Under the pieces are notes generated by a model, which saw nothing but the letters and a program-made list of their open reading frames with translations, was not told the origin of the DNA and ran no database searches. Shown one piece after another: positions 36,427-45,229 of a stretch of DNA of 64,000 nt (the stretch's first letter is position 1; each line of letters begins with the position of its first letter). The translations under genes and the position numbers were made by a program. This DNA comes from a virus (Duplodnaviria; Caudoviricetes): the IMG/VR virus record IMGVR_UViG_3300021399_000133, positions 1 to 64,000 of that record. One strand, written 5' to 3'.

Positions 36427-39400
36427 TTCGTTTGTAAAAGGTTGTGAAGGATATACACGACCAGAAGAAATTGCTGCCCTATCCAAGTTTTTAGGTGAGG
36501 TTAAGGCAGTACAGGAAGACTATATTGAAAAGTTTGGACTGGATAATGAACCTGATCAAATGCTAGGAGAAAATCCAAATATCAAACTAGACAATTATGG
36601 GTCTATCTATTCAGCAGATGGGATTAAACCAGAAATAGCACTAGGAGATAAGGTAGATAAAAACAGTCAGGGAATAAAACCAGAACCAAGTCTAAGTCAA
36701 AGTCGTCTAGACATTAACCCTAACCCTACAGAACCTACTAGCCTATCTGATTATCTTGAACTTTTGGAAGGAGCAGAGGAAAACAATCAACTCTCTAATA
36801 CTAAAGTTAAAATTCCCGGTACCAGAGAAGATATTGGTTTAGATAATACAAGGATTAATCTCTCTGACATAAAGGAGGTTGATCTGGATAATACTAGGGT
36901 TAACCTCACGGATACAAGAGATGCTAATCTGGATGACACTAGAATTAATCTCACCAATATAAAAGATGTTGATCTAGATAATACAAGGGTTAATCTCTCT
37001 GACATAAAGGACGTTAATCTGGATAATACTAGGGTTGATATTGATGGTTATAAAGATATTTCCCTCTCTGATACTAGATTAGGTCTCGGTGGTGTTAGAA
37101 CGGATGCTGAATTATCGAACGAAGTGTCAAAGCTCCCAGATAATTTTGTAACTCCTTCAAGTCCAAGTGAAGATAAACCAGATATACCAGGGGAGATTAA
37201 TAATGATAATAAATTAGATATACCAGGTGAAATTAATGATGTTCCACTAAGTGATTATCTAGAGGCATTAAATCCAGATAAAGATATAGCACTTCCTGAT
37301 GTAAAGATTGAGTTAAAAGATGATACTAAAACAAATCTTGATAATACTAGGATTGAGCTTAATGTTGCTGATTTTAACGAGCTCTCTGAAACTAGACTTG
37401 ATTTAACAGTACCAGAGACAGAGAAGCTTAGTGATCACATCGAGAGCCTGCGTGTTGAATCTACGGCCGAATTAGGAACGACGTTATTAGGGGTACCGGG
37501 AGAAACAAAAGATCAGGTACTAGGGGATTACGTCGAGAAATTACGGCCGGAAGATAACACTGAACTTTCCGATGTAACTATTCCATTACATATCAACGAA
37601 AATAACGAGCTCTCAGATAAAATTATTAACCTCAATCCACCTAAAACAGAGTTAAACCTAGATGAAACGAGAATTAATATTAAAGATGATAAAGAAAATA
37701 AACTCTCAGAAACTAGGATTGGTCTTGAGGTCGCAGAAGATACCGAACTCTCTCAAACACGTCTAGATTTACATGACACTTCTAACGTAAAAGAGCTTAG
37801 TGATCACATCGAGAGCCTAAGAAACGTAGATGACAAGGATGAATTAAGCCAGACAGTAATAGGATTAGACGTTGAAGAAAACATAAGCCTCTCTGATACT
37901 ATCCTACATAAACCGGGGGAAGAACAAGAAAACAAACTTCCCGAAACTAGGATTGACTTAGATGAAGTTCCAGAGGTTGAATTAGGAGATCACATTGAAG
38001 AGCTGAAGGGTGGAGAATTTCAAGAACCTAAGCTGGAGGAAAAGGTTGAGAAGTTAAATGGAATTCCCGATAATAAACTAGGTGAAGATAAATTAAATAT
38101 ACCAGGCGAGATAAAAGAAGTAGACCTAAATGATATAAAGCTCAACATTACACCAAAGGAAGTAGAACTCTCAAATGTTAGGCTCGATATATCACCGGCC
38201 TCTATTGAATCTCTTCCTGATACTAGATTAGATATTACGCCGGAAGAAGTCACGAGCCTAAATTCCACGAGAGTAGAGTTAGGTGGTGAATTACCTAGCC
38301 CAGAATTATCAGAAGTAGTTTTGGGTATTGATGGAACTCTGCCGGAAAATAAGTTAGAGGATAAGGTATTAAATATTTCGCCAGAGGGTGTAAATTCTCT
38401 TCCCGATACTAGGCTTGATATTACACCTAAAGAAGTAGAACTAGATCAAACAAGACTAGATATTTCGCCAGAGGAGGTTGAATTGCCTGACGTAAGACTC
38501 GACATTACACCAAAGGACGTAGAACTCCAAGATGTAAGACTAGATATTACGCCGAAAGAGGTAGAACTTCCGAATGTTAGGCTTGATATTTCACCAGAGG
38601 ATGTAAATACCTTGCCGAATACTAGACTTGATATTGCTCCGAAGGATGTAGAATTAGACCAAGCTAGACTACAACTGAATCCTTCTCCCAGTGATGTTGA
38701 ATTACCAGAAGCAGTCCTAGGTATCGAAACAGAGGATATTCCATTAAGTGACACTATTCTTGAACTCTCGCCTGATAAGAACGATTCGACAAGAAAGACA
38801 GACACAGAGCTTAATGATAGAAAAATCGAACATGAATTACCAGGAACATTACGAGAGGAGGAGCTAGAGAATTATGTAGATCCCCGGCCGAGTTCATTTC
38901 AAGAAGATGATTCAGAGAAGGTATTTAATGAAAGAAAGGTTAAGTATAATATTCCTGAGGAGATCAAAGAGCCAAGTCTTACTACCTATATTGATGAACT
39001 TGCAAGGGATTCAAATAGTTCTGAGGCAAAAACAGATGAAACATTTGAAGATAGACGCATTCTCTCAGTACCAGGAACATTACGAGAGGAGGAGCTAGAG
39101 AATTATGTAGATCCCCGGCCAATTGATCCTGACCCTAACCACAACATTGAATCCTTAGAAGACTCAATTCTACAACAACCTGAGAATACAAATGAGGAAG
39201 TTGAGGAGCTTAATGATGTAATCTTAGAGAGGCCAAGAGAGGAAGGAGAAAGAAATTTTGAACAAGAATCGGAGAGTAGATTTAATAATAATTCTGCTGT
39301 TCTTCTCCATGCTGATGAAAACGATAATGTTGCTCGGGCGAAGTTGATGGTTCTTGATAGTCTGAATAATACAAGTGATGATGAGTTATTTAATACTGTC

Positions 39401-40990
39401 ATTGGCTTAACTTATCAGACAGACGGAAGTAGAAGCGATTTTGACAAGAAAATAGGAGGATTGATTACATCTTATCTTAGCTCACCAATTTTAAGTGAAG
39501 ATAGAAGTATTGAATTCCAAGATCGATTCGCTAAAGCATTCAATCTCCCCGACTATGTAAACTCTAATGGTCGAAATTGGATTAGAGACACAGCAGAGAA
39601 AGCTAAAAAACTTGGTTCAAGCCCTCAAAGTAGACGTGAACTCCTTGAAACTACTCTATGGCTCTTATTATCAGCTAGAGATGCAGCAACGGAAATAATG
39701 GGTGTATCTAAATCATCATTACCAGGCGGAGCATCTCAGGCTATGGTAAATGCATCACAAGCTTTACTAGGAGAAAAGACCGTTGGAGAAGCTATTGGTA
39801 GTTCTCTTAAGAGTGCTGCTACTAGTGCTTTAAAGACAGGGGTTAGTTCTTTACTTGGTGGAAGTCCTAGTCACCCTAATCCTCAAAACTATCCAGAAGT
39901 TCAAAGAATCGGTGGTGTAATATCGACAGGAATTATTGAAACGAAGGGATGGGAAAACGGTAACATGAGACCTTTTTCACCTGGCGAAGGAATGGGTGGG
40001 GGGTTTATGAATGCTCTTAAGTCGGTAGGTCAACAGCTTCTAAAAAGTGTAGCTGGCGATCTTTTAACTAGTAGACCTTATAAATTCAAAAAACATTACC
40101 TTAGCTCTAGCGGAATCAAGAAAACGCTTAAGGATCTCTGTTTTAACTATAATCCCGGGTCAGTAGAAGAGTTGCAGGAATGTCTTAGACTTAGCCCTTA
40201 TATTACTACTCCTACTAAATTTGGATCTGTCAAAGACAAATATAGTGCAATGACTCTCGACTCTAATGCTTATTGGGAAGTAGTCTTAGAGCCTTTCGTT
40301 AATAATAAAATGAATGGTGGATTTAGTTACCTCCCATCGATTCAAGAGTTTAATAAGAAAAATATAGAGGAGCACGGAGTTAATACTGGCTATGATATTT
40401 GGATTCCTATTAATGGCTTTGACTTACAGAAATCTAAGACTATCTCCAAAACACTTGATCTCTACGACGGTGAAATATCCTATCCTGTATCATCAGAATT
40501 AAATAATGAGCTTAAATTGACGATAGTAGATGACCAATATAAAACCTGGAAAAGATACTTTGAAACCTGTGCACAAGTGGCAGTATATAATTCAACTCCA
40601 CATCAGATTGGTTATTATAGCTCTACAGGACTTATGATAGAAACTACTAACGTCGATAAAACTAATATATGTGTTGCTCTTTATAAAAACGTTACCTTTA
40701 GATGCAGAATTTATATCATGACACCACAGTTTTCAACAGTTAGATACTATGATCTCCTAGTTGTTCTTAAGGATTATGCTGAGGAATATTCAGGAGAGGT
40801 TGATTCGGGTGGGACTGATTTAAATGTTAACTTCTCTATTGTTGGTCAAAATCCAGTTAGTAATGCTGTCAGTGTTTCAAATAAGCAGAACAAAAAAATT
40901 GGATTTGTAGCAAACATGGCAGAATATAAGGTGAAGAAGGTAACAAGTGCAATACAAAAGAAAGCAACTACTCTCATTAGCATCTTATAA
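36419..40990 (+). CDS. 1523-aa protein: acidic 14-16-aa repeat region fused to a tail-tube-like C-terminal domain
   Basis: dozens of L[SDP][DNE]TR[ILV]xL units; C-terminal YWEVVLEP..ELKLTIVDDQYKTW tube-like pattern. Confidence 0.7.
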   Translation: MNDSFVKGCEGYTRPEEIAALSKFLGEVKAVQEDYIEKFGLDNEPDQMLGENPNIKLDNYGSIYSADGIKPEIALGDKVDKNSQGIKPEPSLSQSRLDINPNPTEPTSLSDYLELLEGAEENNQLSNTKVKIPGTREDIGLDNTRINLSDIKEVDLDNTRVNLTDTRDANLDDTRINLTNIKDVDLDNTRVNLSDIKDVNLDNTRVDIDGYKDISLSDTRLGLGGVRTDAELSNEVSKLPDNFVTPSSPSEDKPDIPGEINNDNKLDIPGEINDVPLSDYLEALNPDKDIALPDVKIELKDDTKTNLDNTRIELNVADFNELSETRLDLTVPETEKLSDHIESLRVESTAELGTTLLGVPGETKDQVLGDYVEKLRPEDNTELSDVTIPLHINENNELSDKIINLNPPKTELNLDETRINIKDDKENKLSETRIGLEVAEDTELSQTRLDLHDTSNVKELSDHIESLRNVDDKDELSQTVIGLDVEENISLSDTILHKPGEEQENKLPETRIDLDEVPEVELGDHIEELKGGEFQEPKLEEKVEKLNGIPDNKLGEDKLNIPGEIKEVDLNDIKLNITPKEVELSNVRLDISPASIESLPDTRLDITPEEVTSLNSTRVELGGELPSPELSEVVLGIDGTLPENKLEDKVLNISPEGVNSLPDTRLDITPKEVELDQTRLDISPEEVELPDVRLDITPKDVELQDVRLDITPKEVELPNVRLDISPEDVNTLPNTRLDIAPKDVELDQARLQLNPSPSDVELPEAVLGIETEDIPLSDTILELSPDKNDSTRKTDTELNDRKIEHELPGTLREEELENYVDPRPSSFQEDDSEKVFNERKVKYNIPEEIKEPSLTTYIDELARDSNSSEAKTDETFEDRRILSVPGTLREEELENYVDPRPIDPDPNHNIESLEDSILQQPENTNEEVEELNDVILERPREEGERNFEQESESRFNNNSAVLLHADENDNVARAKLMVLDSLNNTSDDELFNTVIGLTYQTDGSRSDFDKKIGGLITSYLSSPILSEDRSIEFQDRFAKAFNLPDYVNSNGRNWIRDTAEKAKKLGSSPQSRRELLETTLWLLLSARDAATEIMGVSKSSLPGGASQAMVNASQALLGEKTVGEAIGSSLKSAATSALKTGVSSLLGGSPSHPNPQNYPEVQRIGGVISTGIIETKGWENGNMRPFSPGEGMGGGFMNALKSVGQQLLKSVAGDLLTSRPYKFKKHYLSSSGIKKTLKDLCFNYNPGSVEELQECLRLSPYITTPTKFGSVKDKYSAMTLDSNAYWEVVLEPFVNNKMNGGFSYLPSIQEFNKKNIEEHGVNTGYDIWIPINGFDLQKSKTISKTLDLYDGEISYPVSSELNNELKLTIVDDQYKTWKRYFETCAQVAVYNSTPHQIGYYSSTGLMIETTNVDKTNICVALYKNVTFRCRIYIMTPQFSTVRYYDLLVVLKDYAEEYSGEVDSGGTDLNVNFSIVGQNPVSNAVSVSNKQNKKIGFVANMAEYKVKKVTSAIQKKATTLISIL
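38838..39120 (+). repeat. perfect 52-bp direct repeat (38838-38889 and 39069-39120) inside the repeat protein
   Basis: taccaggaacattacgagaggaggagctagagaattatgtagatccccggcc occurs twice (PGTLREEELENYVDPRP). Confidence 0.9.
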
Positions 40991-40992
40991 CA

Positions 40993-43527
40993 ATGTACAT
41001 AAAACTAGGAAACACAGCCATAAACTATTCATCTACTAACATTGATGATTTCATGATACTCTCAGAGGTAGTAGATTCTGGTTTATCTTATGAGAGTCCT
41101 ACTATAGTCAGAGATGTTAATGAATTGGATATTTGGTTTGGACAAGATATAAAGGATCGAGACTTTCTAATTGAACTATTACAAAGAGGAATATCACTTT
41201 ATCTCTACAAGCCAATATCAACAGTAGATAACTCAAAACTAGAAGATCAAATCAACAAAGACGATTATATAGCAATTGATCCTAGAGAGTTTGGTTATGA
41301 AAATGCATCTCTCTTAATGTTAGATAATATCACCAAATTCAAAACCACGTCAAACTTAAAATATCGTGGAAAGGATAATAATGGTCTTTATGTTGCAACT
41401 GATCCGAGAACTGGTGAACTTACAAATTTCTCTTATTACTTGTGGACTGGAATAGACTTTGAGAAACAAGCCTCTGATCCAGGAGAAACGTTTAGTGAAT
41501 TTGATTTAGGTGGACCAATCCCTATATTCAACTTTAACTCAGAAACGCAAAAACAAGCACTGATCTATATTAAAGAACAAGAGAATATAAAAGTTAGCAC
41601 CATAAATGATGATGGAACTGAGTGGTATTATTGGGTGTATGGAGAATTTGTGCCAGAATCTAATCTTACTCAGTCCATGGTAAATACGAGTGACTCATTA
41701 AACCTCCGCTCGACTATTCTTATTTCTCCTCCTCCTCTTCCCAGTGATGATTATGATGATGCTATATCTTATCCGGACTATCTAACGGGAATGGATGAGC
41801 TTGGTATTTACAACAAAGAAGGAAAGAAATGGTTAGAGTTTTCAGTGGATCGGGAGTTTCCATACGATCTTGAGAAGCTGAATAAGGGGTATCAATCTTT
41901 CGTATTTACATTAAACTTAGGGGACTTGAAAGAATGGCCCGAGGATAAATATTTAATTATTCCTTTTCCAGATACTTACAAAGGATTATGTTTCTATAAT
42001 GGAAGTATACCAAAGGAAGCCGCAGGTCATTTTCAAGCTTCCCATAATGTCGCTTCTTCTCCATTAATCTATTATTGGAAAGTTATATCACAAATACCAG
42101 AGGGAAAAGATTGGACAGAATATGAGGAATTTCCAGGCCCTTCTCAAAATAATGTAGGCTCTTATATTAGAGTTGAGGAAGAATTTTATGTCTGTACCAA
42201 AACTAAAGACTATAAAGAAGGCATTAAAGAAGGGCTAAGAGAGAATCATTTTCATTTTAACGAAGATTTAACGGGGATATGTAAGAATAGTGAAACCGAG
42301 ACCAATCTACTAAAGTTATTCCCTATTACTAATTTTACCAATATTGATGAAATAAGTCTTATACCAGATCATGCCGCTAATAATGCTCTCTTGTTTAATA
42401 CTATGAAGGAAAATAAAGGCATAGAGTTTTGGAGTAAGACAATTGGTTCCGTTAATGAGTTTGATTCCTCCGGTATAATAACAGTAACAATAGAACTAAT
42501 CGAAGGGTATAGATATCGAGTTAAATTACAGAGGTATTCTTATTCAGAGGTATTTGAAGGTACTACCACTAACAAATACGGAGAAGAAAGGTTGGATTAT
42601 AAAATTTCAAGAGAATCTAAGCTTTGTCGGTGTACTATCTATAATGAAAATCTTAGACCAGGCACCTATAAGCTATCTAATCCTGTTGTTGAAACTTATG
42701 ATAGGGGAATGTGGCAAAGAGCTTTATCCACTATGTTTGTTGAGGATAGGATAGAAGGAGTTTGTCCAGATTATTTTATGGTTTCGGATATTGATAAGTA
42801 CTATGACACCAATTCACAGAGAGAGAAAGAAGATGAATCAGAATATAGTATCTATGAAACTTTTCTGAAATATGCAAAGGAGTCAACTTGTCAATTCTTA
42901 ATCCAGAATAATGATAGGGTAGCTTTTGAAAATGATTATCTTTACAACAAAGTAGATACAGATAAATATAACTATCTTGTCTATTTTTATAAAGATATGT
43001 CAGTAAAGTATAGCCCAAGACCTGGATATTACGCTTTCCTGATTGGTCTATTCGATAATCGATACGAAGTTTCAACAAATACTATTCTATATGATTGTCC
43101 TACCAAAAATCCATATGAAGTAGAGGACATAGAAGAAACCCTAATCAAGTATCGAAGTAATTATCTTGTTTGTGATAATAAGAACTACTATTATAAACAA
43201 TATCTGAACGGTAAGGATTATTCGATGACTCTTTGGATGAGATTTGTGGCGGGAAAAATCTATAGAGAACTTGAGAAGAATAAATACCAGTATATAGGCA
43301 CTAAGTTTATGGGAGAAATGCAGGAGACTGTTGAAAATCTTATAAATCGGATAACAACGTCTTTTGGAATCGTTAACAGAATAGAAGTAACAGATTTTGA
43401 TAAAGACGAAGCCAATAACACACTAAACATTTCACTTGATGTTGGTGTAAATGATCTGGTAAATAATAATCTCAAATTGGACATAACTATTAATTACACT
43501 GATTACTCATATGGCAGCAGTTCGTGA
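40993..43527 (+). CDS. second tail-sheath-like protein
   Basis: N-terminal SPTIVRDVNELDIWFG..LLQRGISLYLY and C-terminal RFVAGKIYREL..IEVTDF..LNISLDV..ITINY resemble sheath domains; directly upstream of the tube gene. Confidence 0.6.
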   Translation: MYIKLGNTAINYSSTNIDDFMILSEVVDSGLSYESPTIVRDVNELDIWFGQDIKDRDFLIELLQRGISLYLYKPISTVDNSKLEDQINKDDYIAIDPREFGYENASLLMLDNITKFKTTSNLKYRGKDNNGLYVATDPRTGELTNFSYYLWTGIDFEKQASDPGETFSEFDLGGPIPIFNFNSETQKQALIYIKEQENIKVSTINDDGTEWYYWVYGEFVPESNLTQSMVNTSDSLNLRSTILISPPPLPSDDYDDAISYPDYLTGMDELGIYNKEGKKWLEFSVDREFPYDLEKLNKGYQSFVFTLNLGDLKEWPEDKYLIIPFPDTYKGLCFYNGSIPKEAAGHFQASHNVASSPLIYYWKVISQIPEGKDWTEYEEFPGPSQNNVGSYIRVEEEFYVCTKTKDYKEGIKEGLRENHFHFNEDLTGICKNSETETNLLKLFPITNFTNIDEISLIPDHAANNALLFNTMKENKGIEFWSKTIGSVNEFDSSGIITVTIELIEGYRYRVKLQRYSYSEVFEGTTTNKYGEERLDYKISRESKLCRCTIYNENLRPGTYKLSNPVVETYDRGMWQRALSTMFVEDRIEGVCPDYFMVSDIDKYYDTNSQREKEDESEYSIYETFLKYAKESTCQFLIQNNDRVAFENDYLYNKVDTDKYNYLVYFYKDMSVKYSPRPGYYAFLIGLFDNRYEVSTNTILYDCPTKNPYEVEDIEETLIKYRSNYLVCDNKNYYYKQYLNGKDYSMTLWMRFVAGKIYRELEKNKYQYIGTKFMGEMQETVENLINRITTSFGIVNRIEVTDFDKDEANNTLNISLDVGVNDLVNNNLKLDITINYTDYSYGSSS

Positions 43528-44098
43528 TCTTGTTCGCTCGGCAGGTGGTTATATGGACTTTGTTGACTATATCGGCTATGTACGTGATGACAACAAAGAG
43601 TTCCTGAGAGGTGATATGTGGGAGTTTTCATTTATCAACCCTCCCAGAATTGTTTACTATCCCGGCGATATTATCTTTAAGACCCGACTCACTAATGTTA
43701 ATATTTCTGTTAACACTAGTACTAATGGTTTTGAGAAGAGAATGCGTGGCAACTATACTCTCTATCAGAAGACGGGTCAGCTTACAAACGGCCAACTTGC
43801 TCTGACCTTCACTGATAAGGAGGATCAAGCTATTTCTTACTTCACTGATGATTGGAGACAGAAAATTGCCGATCGTGATACTAAGTACTCATTTAGAAAG
43901 GATGACTTGGTAGCTGATTGCGAGATGTACTATACTAACTCTTCTCGTAAAGCAGTTCGCCACCTTACTTTCTTCAACTGTATTATTGATGATGCACCAC
44001 TGGATCTTAATGGTGTAGCTGAAGATGGTACAGACCGCGCAGATGTTCAACTTTCTATGAGCTTTGAACATTACGACGTTGAGTGGCTTAATGTCTAA
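43511..44098 (+). CDS. tail tube protein (T4 gp19-like)
   Basis: 195 aa; FLRGDMWEFSF, GQLALTFTD, VQLSMSFEHY; high-expression codon usage; followed by terminator. Confidence 0.85.
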   Translation: MAAVRDLVRSAGGYMDFVDYIGYVRDDNKEFLRGDMWEFSFINPPRIVYYPGDIIFKTRLTNVNISVNTSTNGFEKRMRGNYTLYQKTGQLTNGQLALTFTDKEDQAISYFTDDWRQKIADRDTKYSFRKDDLVADCEMYYTNSSRKAVRHLTFFNCIIDDAPLDLNGVAEDGTDRADVQLSMSFEHYDVEWLNV

Positions 44099-44105
44099 AT
44101 AAAAT

Positions 44106-44165
44106 AGGGAAGGATAGAAGACTTTGATAATAAATTCAGGGTTAACTGTCCTTCCCTCCTTTTTT
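44106..44165 (+). terminator. terminator hairpin after tube gene
   Basis: gggaaggatag/ctgtccttccc stem plus T tract. Confidence 0.7.
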
Positions 44166-44178
44166 AAAATAAATAAAA

Positions 44179-44946
44179 ATGAAAGTATTAACATCACAAT
44201 TACCTAGTGGTGGGGTTGGTTATGGATTTCCTAGTATCAATATTACTCCATTAACTTTCCTTGAACTCACCAAATACTTAGAGGGAGTGCCAAGTGATCC
44301 ACTAGAAAAATATTTATATGACATTGACATGCTAATTAAGGATGATAAGAATGTCATGGACTGCTATATTGGTGACGTAGACTTCTTGATCTTCTATAAA
44401 AAACTATGTACTGTCAGTGCTGATCAATATTATACAATTAACTTTAAGTGCCCAGATTGTGGACATATGATTAAGCACAAATTTAATTATGAGAAGGACG
44501 TAAAATTTAAAGGCCTGGATGAGAAAGTAATGGCAGGCTGTAAAGTTGAACTGGGAGGTCATATATATGACGTTAAAGTCCCTACGCTTAGAGAGTTTCT
44601 TTCAGTTTTCGACTTATATCTTAGAATGAGAAAAGTTGAAGATCTGAAGTTAATCAAGACAATATCACTGTTTACTGGATTTGATGTAAATGCTAATCAA
44701 ATTGAACGGGATATACTTGGTGCTACACATTCAGATATCACTGTTCTCTTAGCTCTTCAGGATGTATATTTAGATCAGGTTGAACCGCTTCATATACCAT
44801 GTCCTGAATGTGATAAAGACGTACCAATTGAAGAAAGGAGGAGTAAGACAGTAAGGGTAGATTCTCTTATTGTCGACTTCTTTCGAGATCTGTGTATCAA
44901 CTGCCCAATTAGTGGATCTAAAATTCTATTTAAACAAGCTGGTTAA
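44179..44946 (+). CDS. tail/baseplate-hub assembly chaperone (T4 gp26-like) with two CxxC motifs
   Basis: LPSGGVGY N-terminus, CPDC and CPEC; lies between tube and tape measure genes. Confidence 0.75.
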   Translation: MKVLTSQLPSGGVGYGFPSINITPLTFLELTKYLEGVPSDPLEKYLYDIDMLIKDDKNVMDCYIGDVDFLIFYKKLCTVSADQYYTINFKCPDCGHMIKHKFNYEKDVKFKGLDEKVMAGCKVELGGHIYDVKVPTLREFLSVFDLYLRMRKVEDLKLIKTISLFTGFDVNANQIERDILGATHSDITVLLALQDVYLDQVEPLHIPCPECDKDVPIEERRSKTVRVDSLIVDFFRDLCINCPISGSKILFKQAG

Positions 44947-45229
44947 AGTAGATGGAATTGAGAACTATACATTGAAGACCCTCCAGGAAATCATAAAAAG
45001 ATATGAGAAATTCCTTAAGGACTCAGATGGATATGACCCAGACTTCCCAATGACTACCTTTGGAGGAGATAAGAAAGGTGGAGGAAATAAGATAGAAGTT
45101 CAGGGTAGAAATGTATATGAGAACTATAATCCAGATAACCCAGACCCAGACTTTAGAGGAATCAAAGATCGTAGTGAATTAACTAAACAAATGTTCGAAA
45201 ATGGCAACAAGACAGGAAGAACTAGATAG
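44882..45229 (+). CDS. +1-frame extension of the chaperone (gp51-like/GT-like), probably reached by frameshift
   Basis: no ATG near the start; open +1 frame entered at TTC TTT CGA (44878-44886). Confidence 0.6.
   Translation, partial: FEICVSTAQLVDLKFYLNKLVKVDGIENYTLKTLQEIIKRYEKFLKDSDGYDPDFPMTTFGGDKKGGGNKIEVQGRNVYENYNPDNPDPDFRGIKDRSELTKQMFENGNKTGRTR

Noticed and set aside
36780-38780. Periodic ~45-bp repeats as a CRISPR array
   Set aside because: The repeats are degenerate at DNA level, in frame within a long ORF and conserved at protein level; there are no unique spacers or cas genes.
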